DNA from: Patescibacteria group bacterium | GTDB taxonomy: Bacteria; Patescibacteriota; Dojkabacteria; J137 | Length of the DNA: 64,000 nucleotides | Reading direction: 5' to 3' | Assembly (NCBI GenBank): GCA_963169855.1 | Contig: CAUJCN010000002.1 | Span: 645,608-709,607, forward strand | In this document: positions 1 through 10,743 of the stretch, in pieces | Layout of the letters: every line of letters begins with the position of its first letter | How positions within the stretch are numbered: the first letter of the stretch is position 1 | Notes under the pieces: model-generated | What the model was told of the DNA's origin: nothing | What the model saw: only the letters and a program-made list of their open reading frames with translations | Database searches by the model: none | Made by a program: the position numbers and the translations under genes

Positions 1-78
1 AGAAAATCAACACCTGGAAAATCTGGAGATGGAATCTTTGGAAAGATTGGTGGATTATTCAAAAATATTCTTCCTTAA
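1..78 (+). CDS. ftsA: 3' end of a CDS, probably cell division protein FtsA (partial)
   Basis: Frame 1 reads RKSTPGKSGDGIFGKIGGLFKNILP*, an amphipathic tail like the FtsA membrane-targeting helix, upstream of ftsZ. Confidence 0.6.
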   Translation, partial: RKSTPGKSGDGIFGKIGGLFKNILP

Positions 79-133
79 AGTTCACACAGTCATTGTATAA
101 GTTATAGCAAACAGAGCAGCGAATCGTTAAGGT

Positions 134-463
134 TTAGAGCAGAGCTTCGTCGTAAAAATCCTCTTCGCGTTTTTCTCTCTCAGCTTCAAGAAAGTCTTTA
201 ATTATCTTTAATCTGCATTCTCTGTCGGTAACAGTTGGGGGGATTAGTTTATTTAGATGTACGAGTAATCGTGTAATTCGCAATTTGTCACTTCCAGTGA
301 ATCTTTCTGGTAGATTGAAGAAAGTAAGGGTGTTGTTGATTAGAGATAACGCCTCGTGAGTATTCATTTTTGTGGTCGTAATTCTTTTCGCAAAATCTAT
401 TCGCATGTAATAATAAAGTAGCGCCAATTCCCTTTTTTCTAAAATTTCTGAATTACTAAACAT
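134..463 (-). CDS. hypothetical protein (109 aa)
   Basis: ATG-started ORF filling the ftsA-ftsZ gap; no recognisable motif. Confidence 0.5.
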   Translation of the reverse strand: MFSNSEILEKRELALLYYYMRIDFAKRITTTKMNTHEALSLINNTLTFFNLPERFTGSDKLRITRLLVHLNKLIPPTVTDRECRLKIIKDFLEAEREKREEDFYDEALL

Positions 464-680
464 AAATTTAATATTTTTTCGGAAAGAATCTTACTATGAA
501 TCAAGTTTTGTATCAATATTTTAATCAATGTTGGTTGAAGGCTAAAATTTATTCACAGGAAAGTCTAATAATGAACAATCTTGTTACCCAGCTAGAGCCT
601 TTTTAACTGAAATCTATTGCAATTTCCACTTTTCTCTTATAGACTATAGCTGTTAAATGTAAATTTTAATCTTGAATATT

Positions 681-1802
681 ATGTTAGTAAAACCGCAGGC
701 ATCGTTAAATGCAAAGATAAAAGTAGTTGGAGTAGGTGGAGGAGGAAACAATGCTCTTAACACCATGATAACTGAGTACAATATCCCAGACGTTGAATTT
801 ATCGCGGTAAATACTGACGCACAAGCTTTGCAAAATTCCAAAGCTGATTTAAAACTTCGAATTGGTGAACAAATTACGAGAGGATTAGGCTCAGGAGGAA
901 ATCCAGTAATTGGAAGAAAAGCTGCAGAAGAAAGTGTAGATCAAATTCACGAGCACTTAGCTGGAGCAGACATGGTTTTCATTACTGCTGGAATGGGAGG
1001 GGGAACTGGAACAGGCGCTGCACCAATCGTTGCAGGAATTGCTAAGAACTTAGGAGCTTTAACTGTTGGAGTTGTAACAAAACCTTTCTTCTTCGAAATG
1101 AAGAAAAGAATGGATTCAGCTGTAAAGGGAATTGAAGAATTAAGAGACAAGGTAGATACACTTATCGTTGTTCCTAATCAAAGATTATTAGAAACTTTAG
1201 AAAAGAATGTAAGCTTCTACGAAGCAATGAAAAGTGCAGACGATGTCCTTGCTCAGGCTGTAAGAAGTATTGCAAACTTAATTACTCAAACAGGTTTAAT
1301 CAACGTAGACTTTGCCGATGTTAAGTCAGTCATGGCTGATGGAGGAAGTGCGTTGATGGGGATCGGAATTGCGTCAGGAGAGAACAGAGCTGCAGAGGCT
1401 GCAAAACATGCTATAGAAAGTCCACTTCTAGAAGTTTCAATTGATGGAGCAAAGGGGGTTCTTTTCAACGTGATTGGAGGAAAGGACATGGGAATGATGG
1501 AGATTTCTCAAGCTGCAGAAATTGTAAAAGAGAAAATTGCACCAGATGCTACATTCATTTTTGGAGCAAATATTGACCCTTCATACGAAGATAAAATCGA
1601 AGTTACTGTGTTAGCTACAGGATTCGATATTGACTACATTACTGGGGAATTCACAGCTCCTGGATTAACAAGATCAGTCGAAAATACATTAGATCCTTCG
1701 AAGGTTGGACTAGGATTGAGAAAAGAACCAGTTAAGACACAGTCATCTTCACAGGATGATGATGAAATCGAATCTATGCCAAGTTTCTTAAGAAGAAAAT
1801 AA
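681..1802 (+). CDS. ftsZ: cell division protein FtsZ
   Basis: [10 protein letters not shown], tubulin signature [17 protein letters not shown]-terminal peptide MPSFLRRK; ATG at 681 preferred over TTG at 672. Confidence 0.98.
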   Translation: MLVKPQASLNAKIKVVGVGGGGNNALNTMITEYNIPDVEFIAVNTDAQALQNSKADLKLRIGEQITRGLGSGGNPVIGRKAAEESVDQIHEHLAGADMVFITAGMGGGTGTGAAPIVAGIAKNLGALTVGVVTKPFFFEMKKRMDSAVKGIEELRDKVDTLIVVPNQRLLETLEKNVSFYEAMKSADDVLAQAVRSIANLITQTGLINVDFADVKSVMADGGSALMGIGIASGENRAAEAAKHAIESPLLEVSIDGAKGVLFNVIGGKDMGMMEISQAAEIVKEKIAPDATFIFGANIDPSYEDKIEVTVLATGFDIDYITGEFTAPGLTRSVENTLDPSKVGLGLRKEPVKTQSSSQDDDEIESMPSFLRRK

Positions 1803-1837
1803 GAAAGAAAGACTAAAAATTGAAAAGATGAAAGACG

Positions 1838-1864
1838 AAATCTCAGGTAAAACTGAGATTTTTT
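1838..1864 (+). terminator. intrinsic terminator after ftsZ
   Basis: AAATCTCAG-gtaaaa-CTGAGATTT followed by T tract. Confidence 0.8.
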
Positions 1865-2032
1865 ATTGCGTGTTTTGAATACGTTTGGGTAATTTAAAGA
1901 TAATGGCACACGCTGGAGATAAGTTACTAGTCAGCGTATTGTCAACAAGATTCCTGTGGGGGAACGAAGTACGCTTCTTACTTTTGGATCTTTTAACCTT
2001 TAACCTTTTATACTTTACAGCCGAAGGCTGGC

Positions 2033-2905
2033 TTATACTTCTCTTGCAATAGCAACGTATCTTTGAGAATTGTTTCCTGCAGGGTAGCAAGTGAATAGAG
2101 TAAGAGTTCTTTTTCCTTGAGTTCCTGTAATAATCGAAGTATCTGTAGGATTTACGATCTTACTTTTGAACATTTTATAGTTGAAAGTTTGTCCTTCTAT
2201 TTCTATTGAAATTGCATCTCCAACTTTTAGCTCAGGAAGAAAAGTGAAAGCTACGTAAGGATCAGTTCTCTGTGGATTGTAGAGTGGGGCTGCACTGTGT
2301 CCGTAAACTACCATGTTATTTTTTACATCAGAAATCGGAAGTCCAGTTCCCTGAAAGTGAGCTAACTGAGTCTGTAAAACTTGGTTGTAAACAGATTCAG
2401 TTGTACTTTCAACGTTCGATTGAACAGGTAATCGGTTAATTCCTAAAGAAGGAATAGAAATATAGAAAGTTCCATGGAAATTTCTACTGATGGTATCGTC
2501 TTGAAGAACGTGCTGATCAAGCGCATTCTGAATTAATTCAGAAAGTCCTGAAGGATTTGAAACAAATTCGGTGTTTACGATGTATGAATCAGCGACAGGA
2601 GTGATATTACCTTGGTTCAGGTAGCCATAATTAACTTCCACCATTTGCTTAATTTCTGGGAAAAACTGTTGATAAATGAAGTAAACTCCAGCAACAACTA
2701 GGATTCCTGGAACTAAAATTCCTGTTAGGGCAGATAATGATGTAAGCTCTTTGAGAGAATGGTATACAGATGTTAAAATACTACCTAAAGTTAACGAACT
2801 TTTTTTTGTAGTGCTTGGACTATTTGAATATAGCCTGTAGTTAATCTCGTCGAGAGCTGAGTAGCCGACAGAGGCCGTATTTTTTCGGTAGGTATACAAG
2901 TTCAT
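2033..2905 (-). CDS. sortase family protein with N-terminal membrane anchor
   Basis: VVYGHS, TLTLFTCYP and QRYV give the His-Cys-Arg triad; one TM helix; start may be 2905 or 2926. Confidence 0.88.
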   Translation of the reverse strand: MNLYTYRKNTASVGYSALDEINYRLYSNSPSTTKKSSLTLGSILTSVYHSLKELTSLSALTGILVPGILVVAGVYFIYQQFFPEIKQMVEVNYGYLNQGNITPVADSYIVNTEFVSNPSGLSELIQNALDQHVLQDDTISRNFHGTFYISIPSLGINRLPVQSNVESTTESVYNQVLQTQLAHFQGTGLPISDVKNNMVVYGHSAAPLYNPQRTDPYVAFTFLPELKVGDAISIEIEGQTFNYKMFKSKIVNPTDTSIITGTQGKRTLTLFTCYPAGNNSQRYVAIAREV

Positions 2906-2947
2906 AGTTAAAAGTGCTACTACCATAATATTTGTTATTGCTAATAA

Positions 2948-4222
2948 ATGTCAATATCCTCAGAAGCTAAAGAGAAGGTAAAGTCATTACTGACATTGGG
3001 GAAAAAGCAGGGATACCTAACGTACGACGACATTCTAGATCAATTTAATGATATCGAAGATAATCTTCAATTATTGGATTACATAGTAACAACTCTACAA
3101 GAAGATGAAATTGAAATAATCGAACCTAACGAAGCCGACGAATTTGGAGGTTCAGCAGGAGGTTCAAAGATGACTTTTGAAGAGAAAATCAGAATCCTTA
3201 AGCAGATCAAGTCTCATGTTAGTACAGACCCAATTAGAGCTTATTTGCATGAAATTGGAAAGATCCCATTGTTGAGTGCAGAAGAAGAAGTGATTCTTGC
3301 AAAAAGAATGGAAGATTCAGATAAAGAATTGTGGGGTGTAATTAAGAAACTTGCAGATGAAGATGTAGATCCTGTTTACGAGAAAGCAGCGAAATTAATA
3401 AAAGCAAACAATTTTAAAAACTCAACAGTTGTAGCTGCTAAAAGAAGAATCGCAGAAAAAGACAGAAAATATCAGAATAAAGTAATATCAACAGGGCTGG
3501 AAGCTGAAACACTTCTAACAACCGCAAACTTAAGACTGGTTGTATCTATCGCTAAGAACTATCTAAAAAGAGGCCTAGACCTTCTAGATTTGATTCAGGA
3601 AGGAAACTTGGGTCTTATGAAAGCTGTTGATAAGTTTGAATACCGAAAAGGTTTCAAATTCTCTACATACGCAACTTGGTGGATTAGACAAGCTATTACT
3701 AGAGCTATTGCTGACCAGGCAAGAACAATCAGAGTTCCTGTTCACATGATTGAAACTATTAACAAGCTAAGTAAAGTTTCAGCTCAGTTAGCATCTAAGT
3801 TGGGTAGAAAGCCAACAACTCAAGAAATTGCTGAAGAAATGAAGCTTGGGGTTGATAAAGTTAATGAGATCATAAAAATTGCTCAGAAGCCACAATCGCT
3901 TGAGGCACCAATCAGTGACGACCCAGAAAGTAGTAGTTTAGCAGAAATTATCCCTGATGATTTCACAGCTTCCCCTCAAGAAATGTCTACTTGGTCATAT
4001 CTAAAGAAACAGATCAATGATATTCTTTCAACACTATCGGACAGAGAAAGAAAGGTTCTTGAATTACGGTTTGGGTTAAGGGATGGGGTAGCTAGAACCC
4101 TTGAAGAAGTTGGGCACGAATTCAACGTTACAAGAGAGAGAATTAGACAAATCGAGGCTAAAGCTTTAAGAAGAATGAAGAGTGATGAAATCGCTCAAGC
4201 TCTTAAAGACTACCTAAACTAA
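2948..4222 (+). CDS. rpoD: primary sigma factor RpoD/SigA
   Basis: Region 1.1, [51 protein letters not shown]. Confidence 0.98.
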   Translation: MSISSEAKEKVKSLLTLGKKQGYLTYDDILDQFNDIEDNLQLLDYIVTTLQEDEIEIIEPNEADEFGGSAGGSKMTFEEKIRILKQIKSHVSTDPIRAYLHEIGKIPLLSAEEEVILAKRMEDSDKELWGVIKKLADEDVDPVYEKAAKLIKANNFKNSTVVAAKRRIAEKDRKYQNKVISTGLEAETLLTTANLRLVVSIAKNYLKRGLDLLDLIQEGNLGLMKAVDKFEYRKGFKFSTYATWWIRQAITRAIADQARTIRVPVHMIETINKLSKVSAQLASKLGRKPTTQEIAEEMKLGVDKVNEIIKIAQKPQSLEAPISDDPESSSLAEIIPDDFTASPQEMSTWSYLKKQINDILSTLSDRERKVLELRFGLRDGVARTLEEVGHEFNVTRERIRQIEAKALRRMKSDEIAQALKDYLN

Positions 4223-4270
4223 AATCAGAAGAATAAAGCTAGAAGCTCGAAAACAGCTGCTAGCTTTAGA

Positions 4271-4310
4271 AATCCCTGCGTGTTTCTAACGAGGCATGCG
4301 GGGATTATTT
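4271..4310 (+). terminator. hairpin terminator after rpoD
   Basis: AATCCCTGCGTGTTTC...GAGGCATGCGGGGATT followed by T-rich tract. Confidence 0.7.
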
Positions 4311-4401
4311 CTTTTACCTTTGATTTTTCTGCTTTTCAATTTAAACTGTGTATTAGTTTATTTCTAACTTAGATCTTCGGATCTTCAAATATTTATAACT
4401 T

Positions 4402-5205
4402 ATGTCAAAGAAGAAAAGATTTATTCCTTGGATCGAACAATCAAAATTCGATTTGAAAGCAGCAAGGATTTCTATGGAAGCTGGCTATTATGAATGGGCT
4501 TGTTATCAATCAGTTCAGTCAGTTGAGAAAGCTCTAAAGGCAGTTGTTGTCCATGCTGGGTGGGTTCCGCCCAAGACACATAAGCTAGGGGTTTTGGTTA
4601 GCATGGCAAATAAAGCTAATCACTTATTCCAAGAGGTTAAATTCAACTTTAGAAAACTTGAATCCTATACATTTATTTCTAGATATCCATTCGTTTTCCC
4701 AAACAAAGGAGCCGAAGCGCCCCATACAATTTTGGAATATAGAGACGGGGAGACATGCATTGCTATTGCGGAAGAACTAATTTATAAAATAAACGAATTC
4801 ATCAATCAGAACAAAACTGATGGAGAGATTAATATAGATATGGAAAGATATTATTATTCAGAATCTGAGACTGATGCAAGAGTAGAGGAATCTGTTGGCA
4901 AAATCATCGCACAAAACGAAATCCAGGTATCTAAGATCATCTTGTTCGGAAGTTTTGCTAGAAATAGACAATCACCAAGAATGAGCACTATGGATCTTTT
5001 GATAATCGGTGAAACATCTATGAGCTTTATTGATCGAATGACATATATTCGAGAAATTACGAAAGGTGGAGAGCCAATTATCGAACCTATCGTTTACACC
5101 CAATCAGAATTTCAAAACATGCTCGAAGATGAGGGGGAAGGCTTCTTAGAATCAGCTATTAATGAAGGAAAAGTGGTCTGGGAGAAGAATCAGATCGTTA
5201 ATTAG
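4402..5205 (+). CDS. HEPN domain + minimal nucleotidyltransferase (MNT) fusion
   Basis: N-terminal WACYQSVQSVEKALKA, KTHKL, SRYP (HEPN); C-terminal IILFGSFAR..STMDLLII, IEPIVYT..EF, AINEGKVV (MNT). Confidence 0.85.
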   Translation: MSKKKRFIPWIEQSKFDLKAARISMEAGYYEWACYQSVQSVEKALKAVVVHAGWVPPKTHKLGVLVSMANKANHLFQEVKFNFRKLESYTFISRYPFVFPNKGAEAPHTILEYRDGETCIAIAEELIYKINEFINQNKTDGEINIDMERYYYSESETDARVEESVGKIIAQNEIQVSKIILFGSFARNRQSPRMSTMDLLIIGETSMSFIDRMTYIREITKGGEPIIEPIVYTQSEFQNMLEDEGEGFLESAINEGKVVWEKNQIVN

Positions 5206-5235
5206 AATTATCAGAGTTCCCTTCTTCATCAGCAA

Positions 5236-5255
5236 ATCCCCACTTTCGTGGGGAT
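5236..5255. terminator. perfect hairpin between convergent genes
   Basis: ATCCCCAC-tttc-GTGGGGAT. Confidence 0.6.
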
Positions 5256-5340
5256 CAATATTCTTTTTGGAGACACCAGCTTTCGTTGGATAAATATCTA
5301 TTAATTTCAAACTTTCATGAAATTGATAGTTAAAGCTAAA

Positions 5341-5360
5341 ATCCCGATTTACATCGGGAT
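5341..5360. terminator. perfect hairpin, probable rny terminator
   Basis: ATCCCGAT-ttac-ATCGGGAT flanked by A/T tracts. Confidence 0.65.
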
Positions 5361-5414
5361 AAAAGGATTCTGAACTTTTAGCAGCGATTTGCCTGCTAGA
5401 AATAAGAATCCCAG

Positions 5415-6947
5415 TTACTTAGCTTCTTGGACTTCTCTTGTTTCCCTAATGCAGGTAACCTTAATTACTCCTGGATAATTCTGAGTAGCCTCGATTTCCT
5501 TTGCAATATTGAATGCCATTACTTTAGTATCTTCATCATTAGCTTCATGAGGATTAACAATAACTCTGATTTCTCTTCCTGCGTAGATAGCAAATGATTC
5601 CTTAACACCTTTTTGCTTGTTAGCAATATCTTCTAATGCTCTAATTCTCTTTACGTAGTCTTCGTAGTTTTCAACTCTAGCTCCAGGTCTAGCTCCAGAG
5701 ATAGCATCTGCGATTCTAACGATTTCAGCTTCTACACACTTAGCATCGATATCATAGTGGTGAGCCTCGATAGCGTTAATCAAGCTGTCATTCTTGTAGT
5801 ATTTTCTAGCCAACTCAGCAGAAATGTGGTGATGTTGTTTTCCTTCTTCAGGAGCAACTTTTCCAATGTCGTGTAGTAAACAAGCAAGTTTAGCTGTTCT
5901 AATGTCAGCTCTAAGTTCCTTTGCTAATACTTCAGCGATCTTAACCATCTCCAAAGTGTGTTTTACTAAGTTCTGTCCGTAGCTGAATCTGTACTTAAAT
6001 CGACCTAAAAGCATGATAATTTCATTCGGAAGATCGTTGAAGCCAGTTTCATAAGCCATGTCTTCTCCAGTCTTTTTAATAACCTTTAGAAGATCTTTCT
6101 TTACTTTATCAACTGTTTCTTCGATAGATCCTGGGTGAACTCTTCCGTCAGAAAGTAATTTGTTTAGCGTTAAAGCTGCAACTTCTCTTCTGATAGGGTC
6201 AAAACAAGAGATTGTAACTTGATTTGGTGTCTCGTCAACAATTAAATCAACTCCTGTAAGTTTTTCGAAAGTTCGGATATTTCTTCCTTGTTTACCGATG
6301 ATTTTGCTTTTTAAAGTCTCATCATCAATTGTAATAGTAGTGGTAGTAGTTTCTGCTACATAGTCTGTAGCTGCAGAAGACATTGCTTCAACCAATAGGT
6401 CTTTTGCTTTATCATCAGCCTTTTGGGATACCTGTAGCTCAGATTCTCTGATCTTCTTTGCCATCCAGTCACTAAGCTCAATCTCAATTTCAGATTTTAG
6501 TTTAGTTTCTGCTTCTTCTCGAGTCATTTTTGAAACAGATTCTATTTCTTTCAATAGATCATCTCTCTTAGAATCGATATCTTGTTTAGCAGCAAGTAAT
6601 TCTCCTTCTTTCTTATCAAGCTGATTTAGTCTTGTTTCAATTGAAGTAGTTCGTTCGATCAGATTCTTTTCTCTGTCGTTCAGCAGTTTTTCTTGCTGTT
6701 GTAAGTGCTGTCTTGTTGAGCTAAGCGAAGCCTGTGCTTTTGATTCAATCTCTAAAGCTTTCTTTTCAGCTTCGATGATTTTTTCTGAGGCAATTCGGCT
6801 AGCTTTCTCGATAGCTTCTTGTTCTGACATTTGAGGTACAACAACACTCTGTGCAACAGGTGCGTTGTTCTTTTTTCTCATCTGAGAGTAGAGCATGAAG
6901 CCTAAGATAGCGATGATTACAAGTGCAAGAAGAATTAAAATTTCCAT
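5415..6947 (-). CDS. rny: ribonuclease Y
   Basis: N-terminal TM, coiled coil, KH domain IIGKQGRNIR, HD domain SYGQN..H, LLHDIGK, ADAISGARPGAR. Confidence 0.97.
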   Translation of the reverse strand: MEILILLALVIIAILGFMLYSQMRKKNNAPVAQSVVVPQMSEQEAIEKASRIASEKIIEAEKKALEIESKAQASLSSTRQHLQQQEKLLNDREKNLIERTTSIETRLNQLDKKEGELLAAKQDIDSKRDDLLKEIESVSKMTREEAETKLKSEIEIELSDWMAKKIRESELQVSQKADDKAKDLLVEAMSSAATDYVAETTTTTITIDDETLKSKIIGKQGRNIRTFEKLTGVDLIVDETPNQVTISCFDPIRREVAALTLNKLLSDGRVHPGSIEETVDKVKKDLLKVIKKTGEDMAYETGFNDLPNEIIMLLGRFKYRFSYGQNLVKHTLEMVKIAEVLAKELRADIRTAKLACLLHDIGKVAPEEGKQHHHISAELARKYYKNDSLINAIEAHHYDIDAKCVEAEIVRIADAISGARPGARVENYEDYVKRIRALEDIANKQKGVKESFAIYAGREIRVIVNPHEANDEDTKVMAFNIAKEIEATQNYPGVIKVTCIRETREVQEAK

Positions 6948-7126
6948 AAAACACCTAATAATAAGTATGTTTATGAAAATCCGTCAAAAAGTGGATCCGA
7001 GTGTATGGATCTTAAACACCAGTGCTAGGCGCTTTTTTATTATCTGTTAATAAATTTTCAAATATAAATCTATTATTAGTCACTTAATTGGTTCAGATTT
7101 TCATTAATAATTGGATTATATCACAA

Positions 7127-8371
7127 TTAGGAGAGCTTGAAGATTCGAATTAGGATGTCAAAAATATTAGAATCCTTCTTCTTTTTGGCCTTTAGACCGG
7201 GGTAATCATCATCGTTAGTTTTCTTCAAAGATTCACTTCCTGGGTACTGTCCTGGTTTTACAATTCCTCGCCTTTCTAATTCGAGTAGCATTTCGCCAAT
7301 TTTCTTATTTTTGAAGTCGATTACTCTTTGCATCGTTCCAGTCATTGTTTCAAGATCTTTGATCTTTCCTCTCAACCCCAAAAGTTCAGATTCAGCTTTT
7401 GTTGCCTTCTCGTTAGCTTCTTTGAAGCCTTTGGCATCTGAAACTAGTCCCTTGAAATCATCACTTTCGATCAACTTGTTAGTCAATTCATCCGGCGAAA
7501 CTCCCATGTTTAAATAGTAAGTTAGGGTAGCCTGAGAGATTTCTTTTCCGATCAATTTTGAATAAGTTTCTTTGATCATTTTTTCTCTTTCTTGTCTGTC
7601 CATCAGTAGAGGGGCTGATTTTCCCGCTGCTGGTCCGGAAGGATTCTTTGGAAAATTTGGTCTAGGAAATGACGAAGGCATTACCGGCTGCTTGGGAGTA
7701 GGAGCTCCTGAATCACCGAACATGTCGTCGAAATCGTCGTCAAGTAAATCGTCTAGATCATCCATCTCATCTATTGGGGCAGGTTTCTTCTTAGTGTTCT
7801 TCCCAATTTCCGGATTGGCCTTGATGAAATCGTTTAAACATTCAGCAAGTGCTTTTGCTAATTCGTCTAATTTTGCTTCATCCCTTAAAATCTTTTGATC
7901 CTCTGGATTATCAATGTACAAAAGCTCTAGCGCAGCTGCGATAGGGTGTGTTTGGTTCAAAATTAAAAGGCTTCCAATTTCATGATCGTGTTCGCTCTTG
8001 GCACCCTGCTTCTCGTAACCTGTCTTTTTCGACAGATTTTCCATCAAATACTCAGCTAGTTTTTGAGAGTTGTTATCGTCTGCAGCACTTCCGCTGTACC
8101 AGAATTCAAAACCTCTTTTTCCACCATCGTTGATGTGGATTTCAACAAATAGATCTCCTTTCTCTTCTGAGTAGCCTTGCGAATTGATCCAGTTTATTCG
8201 CTGCATTAAAGGTAGATCTAGAGGAACAGCTTTGTAGTCAACTCCTAAAGTATCAAGGTGAGGAAGAAGTTTTTTTAGAATACTTCTGGTAAGTTCTGCT
8301 TCTTTTAAATTTTCTACTACCACACCTGGACTCTCAGTAGTGTGAGCAGCTGAAACTAATAATCGTGGCAT
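7127..8371 (-). CDS. N-acetylmuramoyl-L-alanine amidase (Amidase_3) with acidic/Pro linker and coiled-coil C-terminus
   Basis: Zn/catalytic pattern VSAAH, EAELT, VEIHIN, LELLYIDN. Confidence 0.8.
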   Translation of the reverse strand: MPRLLVSAAHTTESPGVVVENLKEAELTRSILKKLLPHLDTLGVDYKAVPLDLPLMQRINWINSQGYSEEKGDLFVEIHINDGGKRGFEFWYSGSAADDNNSQKLAEYLMENLSKKTGYEKQGAKSEHDHEIGSLLILNQTHPIAAALELLYIDNPEDQKILRDEAKLDELAKALAECLNDFIKANPEIGKNTKKKPAPIDEMDDLDDLLDDDFDDMFGDSGAPTPKQPVMPSSFPRPNFPKNPSGPAAGKSAPLLMDRQEREKMIKETYSKLIGKEISQATLTYYLNMGVSPDELTNKLIESDDFKGLVSDAKGFKEANEKATKAESELLGLRGKIKDLETMTGTMQRVIDFKNKKIGEMLLELERRGIVKPGQYPGSESLKKTNDDDYPGLKAKKKKDSNIFDILIRIFKLS

Positions 8372-8373
8372 GT

Positions 8374-9222
8374 TTAATCTATTAATGTGAGGATTTTATC
8401 TAGTTCCGTATCGTTTGTAAATGGAATAACGATCTTTCCTCCTTTTTGTGACCTGGACAGTGTCACCTTTTCTCCAAATTTCTGCCTTAAAGAGAACTCT
8501 ATGTTTGATGTCTTCTCGTCAATGATTCGCATGCTTTTTTTCTTTGGCATCTTTGAGCCTTTGTTCAGTCTTCGGACAAGTTCCTCTACGGCTCTAACTG
8601 AAAGGTGATCTCTCATAATAATCTTGTATGCTGCGATCATCATGTCATTATTTTTCAATCCAAGGAGACCTCTTGCATGACCTTCGGTAATTTTTTCATC
8701 CAAAAGTGCTTTTTTAAGTTCGTCTGGAAGAGTGAGTAATCTGATTTTGTTGGCAATTGCAGGTCGACTCAATCCAATTCTTTTTGAGATATCTTCATGA
8801 GACATATCAAAAGCGCTGATTAGCTGTTCAAATGCTAAGGCTTCCTCAATGGGATTTAAATCTTTTCGTTGAACGTTTTCGATCACAGCTAGTTCGAGCA
8901 TTTCTTGAGGAGTGGACTCCTTAACTACGACTGGAACTGTTTCCATTCCAGCTAATTTAGATGATCTCCATCTTCTTTCCCCGGCTATGAGTTCGTAAGT
9001 ATCTCCTTTTCGTGTTACCAATAGAGGTTCGATAACTCCGTGTTGCCTTATCGAATCTGCCATTTCCACAAGTGTGTCTGGGTTAATCTCTGCTCTTGGC
9101 TGATAAGGATTAGGTACAATAAGGTCGATAGGAAGGTTTGGGATATATCCCTGTGTTAAATCGGGCAACGTATTTTTGCTTATTAATGCTGAGAGTCCTT
9201 TTCCTAGTCCAGATTGTTTCAT
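8374..9222 (-). CDS. parB: chromosome partitioning protein ParB/Spo0J
   Basis: GLGKGLSALI, PNPYQPR, IAGERRWR, ENVQRKDLNPIEEA. Confidence 0.97.
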   Translation of the reverse strand: MKQSGLGKGLSALISKNTLPDLTQGYIPNLPIDLIVPNPYQPRAEINPDTLVEMADSIRQHGVIEPLLVTRKGDTYELIAGERRWRSSKLAGMETVPVVVKESTPQEMLELAVIENVQRKDLNPIEEALAFEQLISAFDMSHEDISKRIGLSRPAIANKIRLLTLPDELKKALLDEKITEGHARGLLGLKNNDMMIAAYKIIMRDHLSVRAVEELVRRLNKGSKMPKKKSMRIIDEKTSNIEFSLRQKFGEKVTLSRSQKGGKIVIPFTNDTELDKILTLID

Positions 9223-9268
9223 TAATTATTAGTGATCTACTAATTTATATAGTATAGGTAAAATGTTT

Positions 9269-10060
9269 TCAAGGCTTTCTGCCTATATTAGGTCTTACTA
9301 AGGTATATTTGTTAATTATTTCGTCTACAAGATTTTCGTAAGCAAGTGCTCCAGGGGAGAATGGAGAATATTCCATAATTGTTAGTCCGTGAGAAGGAGC
9401 TTCTGATAATTTTATGCTTCTTGGGACTATTGTTTTAAAGACTTTATCGCCAAAAAACTCCTTGATCTCCGCTGTGACATCCTTGCTTAGGTTTGTCCTT
9501 GTGTCGTACATGGTCAATATGACCCCGCCTATATCTAAGCTCTGATTAAGCGAGCCCTTTATTAATTTGACTGTATTGAGAAGTTGCCCTAAGCCTTCGA
9601 GTGCAAAGTACTCGGACTGGACAGGTATTAAAACATTGCCTGCTGCAACCAAGCTATTGATTGTTAAAAGTCCTAAAGATGGAGGAGAGTCTATTAAAAT
9701 AAAATCGTATTTATCACTGATCTTTGAAAGGTGTTTTTTTAGAATACTTTCCCTAGAAAGAGCACTTACAAGTTCAATTTCTGCTCCAGCAAGTTCTATT
9801 GTGGAAGGCAAAATATCTAAGTTTGGAATTCTGGTTGGTTTTACAACTTCTTCGACTTCAGCATCTCCAAGCAACATTTCGTAAACTGTTCGAAATTCTT
9901 TGTATTCATTTTTTATTCCTAATCCAGAAGTTAGATTAGATTGAGGATCAAGATCTACAACTAGAACCTTCTTATCGTTCTTAGCTAAATAAGCTCCAAT
10001 ATTGATTACAGTTGTAGTTTTACCAACGCCTCCTTTTTGGTTTGTTACTGAAAATATCAT
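9269..10060 (-). CDS. parA: ParA/Soj ATPase
   Basis: NQKGGVGKTTT, DLDPQSN, IDSPPSLG, EAPSHG. Confidence 0.97.
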   Translation of the reverse strand: MIFSVTNQKGGVGKTTTVINIGAYLAKNDKKVLVVDLDPQSNLTSGLGIKNEYKEFRTVYEMLLGDAEVEEVVKPTRIPNLDILPSTIELAGAEIELVSALSRESILKKHLSKISDKYDFILIDSPPSLGLLTINSLVAAGNVLIPVQSEYFALEGLGQLLNTVKLIKGSLNQSLDIGGVILTMYDTRTNLSKDVTAEIKEFFGDKVFKTIVPRSIKLSEAPSHGLTIMEYSPFSPGALAYENLVDEIINKYTLVRPNIGRKP

Positions 10061-10743
10061 TCTTCTGTCTCTTCGTTAGGTATAGTAGAGTATGTTCCTG
10101 CAGAAATTACAGTGAATTTGTTGATTGGCCAGTATCTTAGAATTACTTTTCCTTTGAACCATGATCTGTCTACGAATCCAATGTCTGCGTATCTTGAATC
10201 GTGACTATTATTTCGATTATCGCCCATTACAAAGTATCTTCCAGTAGGAACTGTTTTTGGTTCGTCGTTTTCCTTAATAAAACTTCCAGCTCTAGTGAAA
10301 GTTGCTGGTGGCAGGTAATCTTCGACAAGTTTTTCACCGTTAATATAAACATACCCATCTTTAAGTTGGACTGTGTCTCCTTCAACTGCAATAATTCTTT
10401 TTAAGAAATCGTTATAGCCAGGTTTCTGGAAAACAACTACATCGCCTCGACCATAATCGAGTCCTAATGATTTTCCAAACGGAGTTGGGCCAAGCCATTC
10501 ACTGAGTTTATTTGTTAGAATAATTTCCCCGCTATAGAAATTTGGTTCCATTGACTGTCCATCTATCTGATTTGGAGTAGCTACGAATAAGTAGATAACT
10601 ACGCAAATTGATAAAGAAATTATCAATGTTTGAAGGGCATCCAAAATAGCATAGGGTATTCTTACCCCAAAAACTTTTTTATTCTCAGGTCTTTTTACCT
10701 CAGGCGATAGCTCTAATTGTTTATCTGTTGTGTTTTCTTGCAT
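10057..10743 (-). CDS. lepB: signal peptidase I
   Basis: GQSMEP (Ser), LKRII (Lys), GDNRNNSHDSRY. Confidence 0.95.
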   Translation of the reverse strand: MQENTTDKQLELSPEVKRPENKKVFGVRIPYAILDALQTLIISLSICVVIYLFVATPNQIDGQSMEPNFYSGEIILTNKLSEWLGPTPFGKSLGLDYGRGDVVVFQKPGYNDFLKRIIAVEGDTVQLKDGYVYINGEKLVEDYLPPATFTRAGSFIKENDEPKTVPTGRYFVMGDNRNNSHDSRYADIGFVDRSWFKGKVILRYWPINKFTVISAGTYSTIPNEETEE

